DNA of 64,000 nt from positions 124 through 64,123 of the forward strand of contig JACRJP010000003.1 in assembly GCA_016215455.1 (NCBI GenBank). The letters run 5' to 3'. The notes beneath the pieces were generated by a model. It searched no databases and was not told where the DNA came from. It saw only the letters and a list, made by a program, of their open reading frames with translations. Below are positions 8,351 through 17,175 of this stretch, one piece after another. This DNA comes from Candidatus Tayloriibacteriota bacterium. GTDB taxonomy: Bacteria > Patescibacteriota > Minisyncoccia > Phycocordibacterales > PALSA-1337. Position numbers and translations under genes: made by a program. How positions within the stretch are numbered: the first letter of the stretch is position 1; every line of letters starts with the position of its first letter.

Positions 8351-9628
8351 TTATGTACTTCTTAATATCCTCTCCGCAGTCTCTTTTCCATTCGCCAATG
8401 CTCCTTCTACGGTGGCGGTGTCTTTACCTGTATAGAGTGCTTCTCCAGCAAAAAATATCATATCATTAATTGGCTCAGCCAGCTTTTCATATGCAGTACC
8501 TGTATCAAATCGTGTATAGCTATATGCTCCTTGAGTAAAAGGGTCAGCTGGCCAGTTTGCAAATCGTGATACTACCACTTGTTGACGAATAGTTTCTTTA
8601 TCTATTTTAAATATATTTGAGAGTGAAATAAGTACTTCTTCAAAGATTTCAGTCTCAGAAGCTTTTGCTAAAGTCTGAGCAATCGGACCCGCAGACCATA
8701 CCGTAAGTGTCGGGTATGTTTCTGGATACTGTGTCCAGACTGTGCAGAATTTTTCATTTGAAAGAAGAAAGGAAAGTTTACTTAAATCCTTCCCTAAACC
8801 ATTAATCCACCATCGCTCTTTAAACTGAAGGATACCTTTAACCACAGATCCAAAACCAATCTTCGATGCAGCCTGTATTTTCTGAGTAATAGGTGGAGTA
8901 AATTGAATTGATGAGAGTGTTGGTATAGCAACAGTGACAACAATCTTTCGTGCTACATACTCTGTACCATTCGAAATAGTAACTTTAGTATTTTCAGTAT
9001 CGTACACCACTCTTTCAACTTTCTCATTGAGATGGATCTCAACTCCATACTTTAAACACTCTGATTTGAGAAAATTAAGGAGAGCTCCATATCCTTCTTT
9101 AATTACTCCTCCTTCAAGATCGTTATTACCTAACCATTCATTACGTAATTCAAGGGTGCTAATGAGGGTGCTATCAGCAGCATCATATCCTTCAACCACT
9201 TTAGTTATTTCATTTCTTAAAACATCATACTCTTTTCCAGAAAAATATTTCTGCAAAAAAGCAGCAACTGATATATCTTCGGTAAGTTGTTGAAGTCTTT
9301 CTCTAAATAATTTGTTACTAGGAACAAAACTCTGAGCTTTCATCAGTTCTCCTGAACGAACTGTCCATATTTCACCTGACTCTGGAATAAACGTGAGTCC
9401 TGCCTCTTTCATCAATGCTTTAGTAACTTTAGCTTCACCGTGTACAAATTCAGCTCCAAGCTGTGCTTCGTAGCCAAAAACATCCTTTGGTATAGGATGT
9501 ATTCGTCCACCAATTCTATCCCGAGCTTCGACTATAATTACCTTCTTTCCAGCTTTTGCCAGTTCCCGAGCGGTCATGAGACCTGTTGCTCCTGCACCTA
9601 TGATGAGAATATCGACAATTTGAGTCAT
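8351..9628 (-). CDS. Flavin monoamine oxidase family (FAD-dependent amine oxidase)
   Basis: Start MTQIVD; IIGAGATGL...EARDRIGGRI, GAEFVHG, W..DPFTQGAYS, FFAGEA, TVEGALANG. Confidence 0.9.
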   Translation of the reverse strand: MTQIVDILIIGAGATGLMTARELAKAGKKVIIVEARDRIGGRIHPIPKDVFGYEAQLGAEFVHGEAKVTKALMKEAGLTFIPESGEIWTVRSGELMKAQSFVPSNKLFRERLQQLTEDISVAAFLQKYFSGKEYDVLRNEITKVVEGYDAADSTLISTLELRNEWLGNNDLEGGVIKEGYGALLNFLKSECLKYGVEIHLNEKVERVVYDTENTKVTISNGTEYVARKIVVTVAIPTLSSIQFTPPITQKIQAASKIGFGSVVKGILQFKERWWINGLGKDLSKLSFLLSNEKFCTVWTQYPETYPTLTVWSAGPIAQTLAKASETEIFEEVLISLSNIFKIDKETIRQQVVVSRFANWPADPFTQGAYSYTRFDTGTAYEKLAEPINDMIFFAGEALYTGKDTATVEGALANGKETAERILRST

Positions 9629-9635
9629 ATATTGA

Positions 9636-11390
9636 TTATAACTTCTGTTTCTCCCATAACTCGTAAAATCTTCCTTTTTGACCATAGAGTTCAGCGAAGT
9701 TACCTGATTCAATAAGCTTACCGCCTTCAAGAACAAGAATACGATCCATTTCCTTAATAGTAGTAAGACGGTGAGCAATAACAATAGCTGTTACCGTCTG
9801 GAAGAATTGATGGAGTGAATCACGAATCTTTTCTTCAGACTCAATATCAAGATGTGAAGTCGCTTCGTCAAGCAGAAGGATTTGGGGACTCTTAAATACT
9901 GCACGTGCAATACCTACTCGTTGTTTTTCACCACCTGACAAACGAACACCCTTCTCACCGATTGGAGTATCGAGACCTTTAGGAAGATTCTTAGCAAAAT
10001 CAGCCACATGAGCAATATCGAGAGACTTTTCAAACAACTCAGTATTTTGAGCCTGATCATAGTTTGAAATCGTTACATTATCCTTTAATGAGAAGTTGAA
10101 TACCTCTGTCTCCTGAAGCACAACAGCAACATATTCAAAGTAACTACTCTTCTTAATATTTCTCAAAGAAACACCATCAATCAAAACTTCTCCTTCATAG
10201 TCTTCGTATTCTTTTAGAAGAAGTTTGAGAATGGTTGATTTACCTGCTCCTGAAAGACCGATGATACCTGTTCGTTCTCCACGATTAATTTCAAATGAAA
10301 TACCATCAAGTACCTTTTTATTTCCATACGAAAATGAAAGATTTGAAACAGTAATCTTTTTCCAATCTTTTGGAAAAGAAGACTTTCCTTCTTCAGCATC
10401 AATTGTAATAGGTTGTTCGAGCATATCTGTCATACGACCAATTCCATACTTTGCTACAGCAAAATCCTGTGATCGATCAGCAAGTTCTCCAACAGACTGC
10501 CAGATACTCGAGAAATAGCTATAGAACAAAATAAGAAAGCCAATCTCATAACGACCCTGAGCAATACCAATTGCAATAAAGGTAAGAATACCAATACGAA
10601 ATATCTGACCCCAGGCATTTTTGATAGCATTCCCTGACTGGAACCAGAAGATTCTCTTTTTTACCTTGATATACAATTCATGACTCATCACCGCAAGTTT
10701 GTGATACAAAGGCTCTATCATTGACATCACTTTTGCACTGCGAATATTATTAACTGATTCAAACAGAAGTCCGTGTACTTCCTCTTCTTGAATATTAGCA
10801 ATTTGAGATGCTCCGGTTCCCTTGCGAGTGTAGTAATACGATATACAAAAATACGTAATGAGGAATATAGCGGTAAGGATTGATATGAGCCTATCGAATC
10901 GAGAGATAATGAATATTGCACCGATGAGATTTACTCCAATTTCAATAAAGTTACCAATCCACATACGAACAATTTGATCCAAACCGTTTGCTCCTCGATC
11001 AATTTTCTTAAGCTTATTACCAGCATTCTCCTGTTCGTGCCAATTAATATCAAGAAAAAATAGATGACGTATGGTCTTAAGCTGAGCATCAAGAGAAATT
11101 CTCTCCCCTAATTCAAAACCCCACGACTTACCAAAATACATTGCAATAAAACGCCAAAGAGAAGCAAGGCTCCATAAGATAAAGACATTCCAGAGCGGTT
11201 GAAGTGATTGATCAGGAGTATAGTTCGTCAAAAAAGTAACTATCTCAGCAAATGCATATGCAGGATACAACCAAACAAGATCGCCGGAAAGACGAAAAAG
11301 AGATGCTGCTATGAATTTAACCTTATACGGCCGTAGTAAACCTAAAAGAGTACGTATAAGGCCTAAAGTGGGATAAGTAACTCTTTCCAT
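9636..11390 (-). CDS. ABC exporter, fused permease and ATPase
   Basis: N-terminal TM domain; GLSGAGKST, LSGGEKQR and LLLDEATS. Confidence 0.92.
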   Translation of the reverse strand: MERVTYPTLGLIRTLLGLLRPYKVKFIAASLFRLSGDLVWLYPAYAFAEIVTFLTNYTPDQSLQPLWNVFILWSLASLWRFIAMYFGKSWGFELGERISLDAQLKTIRHLFFLDINWHEQENAGNKLKKIDRGANGLDQIVRMWIGNFIEIGVNLIGAIFIISRFDRLISILTAIFLITYFCISYYYTRKGTGASQIANIQEEEVHGLLFESVNNIRSAKVMSMIEPLYHKLAVMSHELYIKVKKRIFWFQSGNAIKNAWGQIFRIGILTFIAIGIAQGRYEIGFLILFYSYFSSIWQSVGELADRSQDFAVAKYGIGRMTDMLEQPITIDAEEGKSSFPKDWKKITVSNLSFSYGNKKVLDGISFEINRGERTGIIGLSGAGKSTILKLLLKEYEDYEGEVLIDGVSLRNIKKSSYFEYVAVVLQETEVFNFSLKDNVTISNYDQAQNTELFEKSLDIAHVADFAKNLPKGLDTPIGEKGVRLSGGEKQRVGIARAVFKSPQILLLDEATSHLDIESEEKIRDSLHQFFQTVTAIVIAHRLTTIKEMDRILVLEGGKLIESGNFAELYGQKGRFYELWEKQKL

Positions 11391-11440
11391 AAACTATATA
11401 ATCCATTATTAAACCACGAATCACCCACAAACACTATTAC

Positions 11441-12358
11441 CTACTCAATCTGACGAGCTGCAGCATATACTTCCGTGGTAACGCTTGTATCTTGTTTACT
11501 CTCCATCAATAAACGAGCATGTGGACTATACTGGGCAGCTAAATCAAGACATAATCTATACTTTTCAGAAAACTTAGTATTCAGTGCAGAAGGAGTATAT
11601 AAATGAATTACTTTGAGATAATCACCAAGACCTTTAAACCATGTTTCAAGAATGGTTTGGTAGTCAGGAACATTTACTTCATACAAAGCATGGTTCACAT
11701 CAAGAGTCGCTCCAACATATTCATGTGCAGCAATCGGATCAACACCTTGTGCTATCAGTTCTTTTTCTATCTTTTGTATAAGGAATAAAATATCTTCTAC
11801 CTTCTGTCCCCATGCACCCTCTTCACCTTGAGCTGACATATTTTCAATAGCGACACTGAATTTCTTGCCTTGTGCATAGGCAGCTGTAATAGCTCCACAG
11901 AAGATAGCTGCATAACGATCAATCACAGTTGCTCGTACTTCTGGCGATAGACTTTCAAACAGTTTTGATTGAACTGATGGTGGGTGTACTGTGTATGATT
12001 CTCCAATAAGTTCTTGTACTATTTTCAATTCTTCAAGTAAACGATCATGGTTTTGAATAGAAATATCCGTTTCATCTATTTTAGGAGTATCCCCATGAAT
12101 CGAGATAACAACATCAGGGTGCGCAGATCGATATTGTAATAGTGCTTCAAGTCCTTCTTGAATCTCTTCTATAGTTCTATTTCTAAAATCAAACTGTATT
12201 GCAGGTATTTCCATAGTAGATGCTACTTCTACTTGGTCAGACAATGACATTGTTCCACCATCTTTCTGAAGGGTTGATATAGCGACACCAAACATTTCTC
12301 GAATTTTTTCACGAGATTGAACGATATATTGTTCAGGAGTTCCTTCATTCGGATTCAT
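11441..12358 (-). CDS. TIM-barrel protein (xylose isomerase/AP endonuclease 2-like)
   Basis: ISIHG, TVHP, VAIENM, TLDVNHA and IHL motifs; start MNPNEG preceded by a -10 box. Confidence 0.6.
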   Translation of the reverse strand: MNPNEGTPEQYIVQSREKIREMFGVAISTLQKDGGTMSLSDQVEVASTMEIPAIQFDFRNRTIEEIQEGLEALLQYRSAHPDVVISIHGDTPKIDETDISIQNHDRLLEELKIVQELIGESYTVHPPSVQSKLFESLSPEVRATVIDRYAAIFCGAITAAYAQGKKFSVAIENMSAQGEEGAWGQKVEDILFLIQKIEKELIAQGVDPIAAHEYVGATLDVNHALYEVNVPDYQTILETWFKGLGDYLKVIHLYTPSALNTKFSEKYRLCLDLAAQYSPHARLLMESKQDTSVTTEVYAAARQIE

Positions 12359-12430
12359 ACACTCATTGTAGCTCATTATGAAGAAATAAAAAGTGACGAG
12401 TGTCCTCGCCACAAAATCTTGCTACCTCTC

Positions 12431-13267
12431 CTATTTCTTAAACAACTCAGAAAATTCCGCAAATGACATAGCGTAATTGAAACCTGGTGGTTTCTCCTGA
12501 AGACGACCGTGGCGATCTTTGTCATACACCGGAGTATTCTTGAGTTTCACAAAACAGACTGCAGAGAATCTTCCTGTCTGAGCTGTTTCGGGAGTTGCAA
12601 TAACTCGATGACATAGAGCACGCAATTTACCATGTGAACGTAACTGCATTTGTGTGGAGTTAATAATTACCGTCTCTCCTTCTGATACTGGCATATCCGT
12701 CCACACACCATCATATGTCATACATTGTAATCCTGGTGCACTCTCATATAGATGGAGAGTAAAACCACTCTGATCAATATGGGCTGATGCAGTTTCATCA
12801 CCTAATTGACGATCACCAAAGTAATGAATGAAACGAACAAAGAAACCAGGTTCACTCTCCTCAACTTCTCGAGCAAATCCCTCGAGACCAAAAGCCTCTT
12901 CAGTCTGTCGAGCAAATTCGAGGACAGTAGGCTTCATGAGGCCAACGAGATTCGTGGCGTGTTGAATGAAATTCAGAGCAATAGTATCCTCGACTTGAGC
13001 AGCGTTCTGTTCGAGCCATGTAAGACCTGCTGTTGTAACATCAAAGTTTTCCTTATGATCAGCGTTCTTACCGACACCACTCTTGTATTCATAGCCAACA
13101 CCGGTTCCACCATCACTATATGGTAGACCTTGTTTAGTCGAAAGAGGTAATGCAGTAAATTGTTTCCAAAGTTTAACCGTCTCATTAACACCTGCTCGCA
13201 AATCAGCAGGATAAATTAACCTGACAAGACCCTCTGTTTCCAAATCTTTTATAGGAAGCTTTTTCAT
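12431..13267 (-). CDS. 2OG-Fe(II) oxygenase (isopenicillin N synthase-like)
   Basis: RFIHY, HID (HxD), PGLQ, HRV and RFS motifs. Confidence 0.85.
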   Translation of the reverse strand: MKKLPIKDLETEGLVRLIYPADLRAGVNETVKLWKQFTALPLSTKQGLPYSDGGTGVGYEYKSGVGKNADHKENFDVTTAGLTWLEQNAAQVEDTIALNFIQHATNLVGLMKPTVLEFARQTEEAFGLEGFAREVEESEPGFFVRFIHYFGDRQLGDETASAHIDQSGFTLHLYESAPGLQCMTYDGVWTDMPVSEGETVIINSTQMQLRSHGKLRALCHRVIATPETAQTGRFSAVCFVKLKNTPVYDKDRHGRLQEKPPGFNYAMSFAEFSELFKK

Positions 13268-13362
13268 GTTATTTCTTATTACCTGGTTAATAATCTGTAA
13301 TAAGAATAACTCTGTGTAAAAAATAAAAAAGCGAGGACCTCTTCGGTAAATTAAACCTTATA

Positions 13363-14088
13363 TTATTTAGTTATCTTATCACTCTTAATCTCTTCGGTGA
13401 AGAAAAAGGGTAGTGTATCTATCTTTCCATTTTTAATTGCCTTTAAAACAGTGGTAATGCCTGTAATAGAATCAAATTCATCAGACTCATTCTTGATTGC
13501 CTGATTGATTGGTACCCACATGTTATGACCAAAATCGGTATCACTGATCAATGTACCCTTAGCTGTATGAGCGTATGCTATAGGAAACATGAGGTCAGAA
13601 AAAAGTTCTCCTCCTTTATACATAATTCTTCGTTCACAACCAACCAATCGAAATTGAGCATCGAGTCCTGTCTCTTGTTTTAGTTTTCTCGTTGCGGCCG
13701 GTTCAATCAATTCTCCCTTCAACACAACACCTCCCATGACACCAACTTTTCCGTATGACGGATTTGATGTTCTGACTTGATTAAGAATTTCTATCTTTCC
13801 CTTTACCACTCTCGAAACAATGGTAATGACATTAATTTTAAAAAGACTCGTAATCGCACTATTACTCGGATACGGATCAGCAACATGCTTAATACCCTTG
13901 TCTGAAAGAGTGTATCCTGTGCGAGATTTTATAATAAAGTCCTTTTTAACGAGATACTGAAGATGATAGTTAAACAGATCATTAGGAACCTTCATTGTAT
14001 CAGGTTGAAGTTCACTATACCGAAGAAACTTGGCGTTCTTCAGTTTTGAAAGAATATGGTTCTGTAGTGGTGAGAAATTCGGCAGCAT
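13363..14088 (-). CDS. Winged-helix plus NUDIX-like regulator
   Basis: N-terminal wHTH (LRYSEL...FNYHLQYLVK...YTLSDKG); degenerate Nudix box GGVVLKGELIEPAATRKLKQETGL. Confidence 0.7.
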   Translation of the reverse strand: MLPNFSPLQNHILSKLKNAKFLRYSELQPDTMKVPNDLFNYHLQYLVKKDFIIKSRTGYTLSDKGIKHVADPYPSNSAITSLFKINVITIVSRVVKGKIEILNQVRTSNPSYGKVGVMGGVVLKGELIEPAATRKLKQETGLDAQFRLVGCERRIMYKGGELFSDLMFPIAYAHTAKGTLISDTDFGHNMWVPINQAIKNESDEFDSITGITTVLKAIKNGKIDTLPFFFTEEIKSDKITK

Positions 14089-14132
14089 TCTGCTACATTA
14101 CCCCACACTAACAGCTTATTCAAGTCTAAAAG

Positions 14133-15584
14133 CTACTTATCCAAATCTAAGATCTCATCAATTCGAATCTTTTCAACGAATTCAGGAACGTGAGATACAA
14201 GAATCATCGCCCCTTTGTATGCATTAAGTGCTTCAGCGATAAGTGGCAAATGACGGAAGTTAATATGGTTTGTTGGTTCATCAAGAATGAGAAGTCCTGG
14301 ACGTTCAAGTACGAGACGTGCAAAAGCAACAAGTCCCTTCTGTCCTTCTGAAAGACTACCGATTTTAGTATTGATTACATCACTTGTAATGAGAAAGCCC
14401 GCAGCTACCCCACGTACCTCAGACTCACTAACATGACGTCCTGGAATACTCATGAGGGACTCGTAGACCGTATGATCAAAGTTGAGTGTAGAAAAGTCTT
14501 GACGGTAATACCCCACTCGTACACCATCAGCGATAATAGAACCATCACCACCAGAAGCAATAGTCTGGAGAAGTGTACTCTTACCAATACCATTAGGTCC
14601 CTTCAACAAAAGATGATTATTCTTACGAAGCTTCACGAGAGTCTTTCGTGTTACTGCTTTATGATTACGAATCACCTTATATGAATTGATAGTAAGGATA
14701 TCTCCTACAATCTCCGGTTGTGCAGGGATTTCAAAAGGTCGAATTGTTCGGTCTTCTTTACGTACATCAACTTTCTCTTCCTCGAGCTCTTCAGCCTTTT
14801 CACGCATACGCTTTGCGACAAGACGCATCTGACCTCCTTTATTCGCAAAAAAGTTTGCCTTATCCTTATTCTCCTGAATCTCCTTAGCAAGCTGAGCATT
14901 CTTCATGTTCTCCTTTTCAATACGAGCAGAGATCTGTTTCACTACATCAAAATAGTTTCCAAAATATTGTTCAATCTTTCGTGTATAGACATCGAGATAG
15001 AGAACACCATCACTAAACGAGTTTAGAAAATCAGCATCATGGGAAATCACCATAACTGTCTTTGGATAGTTCTTGAGAAAGTTTGTAAGGTGTTCAATTC
15101 CCGCCTTATCGAGATTGTTTGTTGGTTCATCAAGAAGGAGGAGGTCAGGATTCTGAATGATTGCAGAAGCAAGAAGGAGTCGTGCCTGTTGTCCTCCAGA
15201 GAATGATCGAATAATACGATCGTGTGGAGCATGGAAGTTAACCACCTCCAACACTTCATCAATCTTTACATCAATATCGTATATTTTTTCATCAAAACAC
15301 TTTTCAAAGAATTGACGCATTGTGAGATCAAGATCAGCACGAGGGATAACTTGCTTTGAGATAGCAATTGAGACACCATTTGAAATATTAATATCTCCTG
15401 ATTCAGGTTTTGATTGTCCTGTAATGAGACTAAAGATGGTACTTTTACCAGCACCATTTTGACCCATGAGTGTTACTTTCATTCCTCGACGCAATGAAAA
15501 AGAGACCTCTTCCAAGATAGGTTTATTATGCCCGTATTCAAATGACACTTCGTCAAAGCTTAAAACTGTATCACCTTTCGACAT
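14133..15584 (-). CDS. ABC-F family ATPase
   Basis: Two ABC domains (GQNGAGKS, FSGGQ, DEPTNNLD; GPNGIGKS, LSEGQ, DEPTNH) and no TM. Confidence 0.9.
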   Translation of the reverse strand: MSKGDTVLSFDEVSFEYGHNKPILEEVSFSLRRGMKVTLMGQNGAGKSTIFSLITGQSKPESGDINISNGVSIAISKQVIPRADLDLTMRQFFEKCFDEKIYDIDVKIDEVLEVVNFHAPHDRIIRSFSGGQQARLLLASAIIQNPDLLLLDEPTNNLDKAGIEHLTNFLKNYPKTVMVISHDADFLNSFSDGVLYLDVYTRKIEQYFGNYFDVVKQISARIEKENMKNAQLAKEIQENKDKANFFANKGGQMRLVAKRMREKAEELEEEKVDVRKEDRTIRPFEIPAQPEIVGDILTINSYKVIRNHKAVTRKTLVKLRKNNHLLLKGPNGIGKSTLLQTIASGGDGSIIADGVRVGYYRQDFSTLNFDHTVYESLMSIPGRHVSESEVRGVAAGFLITSDVINTKIGSLSEGQKGLVAFARLVLERPGLLILDEPTNHINFRHLPLIAEALNAYKGAMILVSHVPEFVEKIRIDEILDLDK

Positions 15585-15669
15585 GGTCTAGACAATAACA
15601 TTAGTTGGGAGTAATCACAACGTAATAAAAAATCAAACTCGTGAGTGCTCCATGAGCACGTCACACTCA

Positions 15670-15996
15670 CTAGGCTTTCACCTCTTCGAAGGTGTGCCAG
15701 TGAAATGCCGGCACTGCTTGCGAAGGATGTAAGACTGTTGAAAATTGAATCCCCTTCTCGATGAGGTTCTGTGCGGCGGCAACAAAGTCCGTAATGACGG
15801 TTGCCGAGGGCACACCTTCGTCCGGAGCTTTATCGCGAGCGAGCAACACCACGTGAGGTGTCGCCATATTCGCCTCGAGAGATTTTGTCCCTTTGAGGCG
15901 ATACTCTCGACCGTTGACACAAATGACGGCTCCCGCAATGAGGGTTGCGACATAGTGGGCGGCCAAAACGGCCGATATAGAACAATGGTTGTTCAT
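15670..15996 (-). CDS. Hypothetical protein (GC-richer orphan cassette)
   Basis: 108-aa ORF; own promoter TTGACA-17-TAATTT (16066-16038); hairpin and T-tract downstream. Confidence 0.55.
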   Translation of the reverse strand: MNNHCSISAVLAAHYVATLIAGAVICVNGREYRLKGTKSLEANMATPHVVLLARDKAPDEGVPSATVITDFVAAAQNLIEKGIQFSTVLHPSQAVPAFHWHTFEEVKA

Positions 15997-16092
15997 GGAC
16001 AGAGGATAGTATAGGGGGTGCAGATAGGTCCAGTAACAAATTACACAACATTGTGTGTTGTGTCAAATGTTCTTCTATTGCGTTTTTTCTGC

Positions 16093-16197
16093 TTACTTCT
16101 TCTTTTTTGCTGCTAATCGAGCGTACTTGATTGCAAGACGCTTTGCTGTTTTGCGTGAACGTGTACCCTTTCGTGTACGTGTTTTTCTTTTTGCCAT
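16093..16197 (-). CDS. Small, highly basic 34-aa peptide
   Basis: Hand translation MAKRKTRTRKGTRSRKTAKRLAIKYARLAAKKKK*; TATACT 8 nt upstream of ATG, as for other leaderless genes; below the ORF-track length cutoff. Confidence 0.7.
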   Translation of the reverse strand: MAKRKTRTRKGTRSRKTAKRLAIKYARLAAKKKK

Positions 16198-16229
16198 ATA
16201 CAGATAGTATACACTATTTGTGTATTTTT

Positions 16230-16790
16230 CTAAAACCGATACTTCTTCAACTCCTTCCGTCGCTCCTTATGATCCGGAATAGTTTGAGCAACAAGATTCC
16301 AGAATTGAGCTGAGTGATTAAATTGACCGAGGTGACACAATTCATGCACAACAATATAATCCACTAATTTTTCAGGTAGATGAATGATCTTATAATTAAA
16401 ACTGAGATTACCTTTAGTCGAACAACTTCCCCAACGACTTTTTTGATTACGGATTGTAATATGTCGAAAAGTAAAACCATACGCAATATTAAGTTCAGCA
16501 ACTTTCTTTTGAGCGAGTACGTATGCTTGTTCTCGATATGCACGATACTCTGTCGTGCTACTTCTCAAATGAATCATAGGACCTCGAGCAACAAATTGTT
16601 CTATCTTTCGAAGTACCCAATCAGATTTTTGTACAATAAATCGCTCAATCGTTCCCTGACCTACCCATCGTGGAGCAGTCACTCGTATATCCCTCTCACC
16701 ATGTACAGCAAGTCTCACGGTACGAGACCTGAGACTTGTCTTGAGAGTGTATTCAATCGTTCGAGTAGGCAAGGTTATCTGGTGCTTCAT
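16230..16790 (-). CDS. YgjP/DUF45 family zinc metalloprotein
   Basis: QKSRWGSCS, DYIVVHELCHL and NHSAQFW. Confidence 0.9.
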   Translation of the reverse strand: MKHQITLPTRTIEYTLKTSLRSRTVRLAVHGERDIRVTAPRWVGQGTIERFIVQKSDWVLRKIEQFVARGPMIHLRSSTTEYRAYREQAYVLAQKKVAELNIAYGFTFRHITIRNQKSRWGSCSTKGNLSFNYKIIHLPEKLVDYIVVHELCHLGQFNHSAQFWNLVAQTIPDHKERRKELKKYRF

Positions 16791-16793
16791 TGC

Positions 16794-17168
16794 TTACAAT
16801 GTATTCTTACCTCTATACCTTTCCACATTCTGAGCAACACAAAATTTCACCATCTTAGTAATGAGTGCTAATGGAAGTGGTGTATCAAGTTGAAACTGAA
16901 CCGTACCTTTCGATGTTGGATACTTTGCTAACTCTTTTTTAAATACAGCAATCCCCGCGGCCCCAGGATAGAAACCAATATGATGTTTATATGCAGCAAA
17001 GTGAACAAGATGATGATTATTCAGATCAAATGTAGGAATACCGTAACTAATTGTCTCTGTAGCCTTCGGTACAATCTTATGAATAGCTATACGAAGTTCC
17101 TTAAGAAGTTTTTGAGTCTCCTTTGGATAGTTAGCTATATATGAATCAATATCTTTGTAGGATTTCAA
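16794..17168 (-). CDS. DUF1801 (YdhG-like) protein
   Basis: IDSYIA...ETISYGIPTF...HFAAYKHHIGFYP...SKGTVQF. Confidence 0.85.
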   Translation of the reverse strand: MKSYKDIDSYIANYPKETQKLLKELRIAIHKIVPKATETISYGIPTFDLNNHHLVHFAAYKHHIGFYPGAAGIAVFKKELAKYPTSKGTVQFQLDTPLPLALITKMVKFCVAQNVERYRGKNTL

Positions 17169-17175
17169 GAATGTT

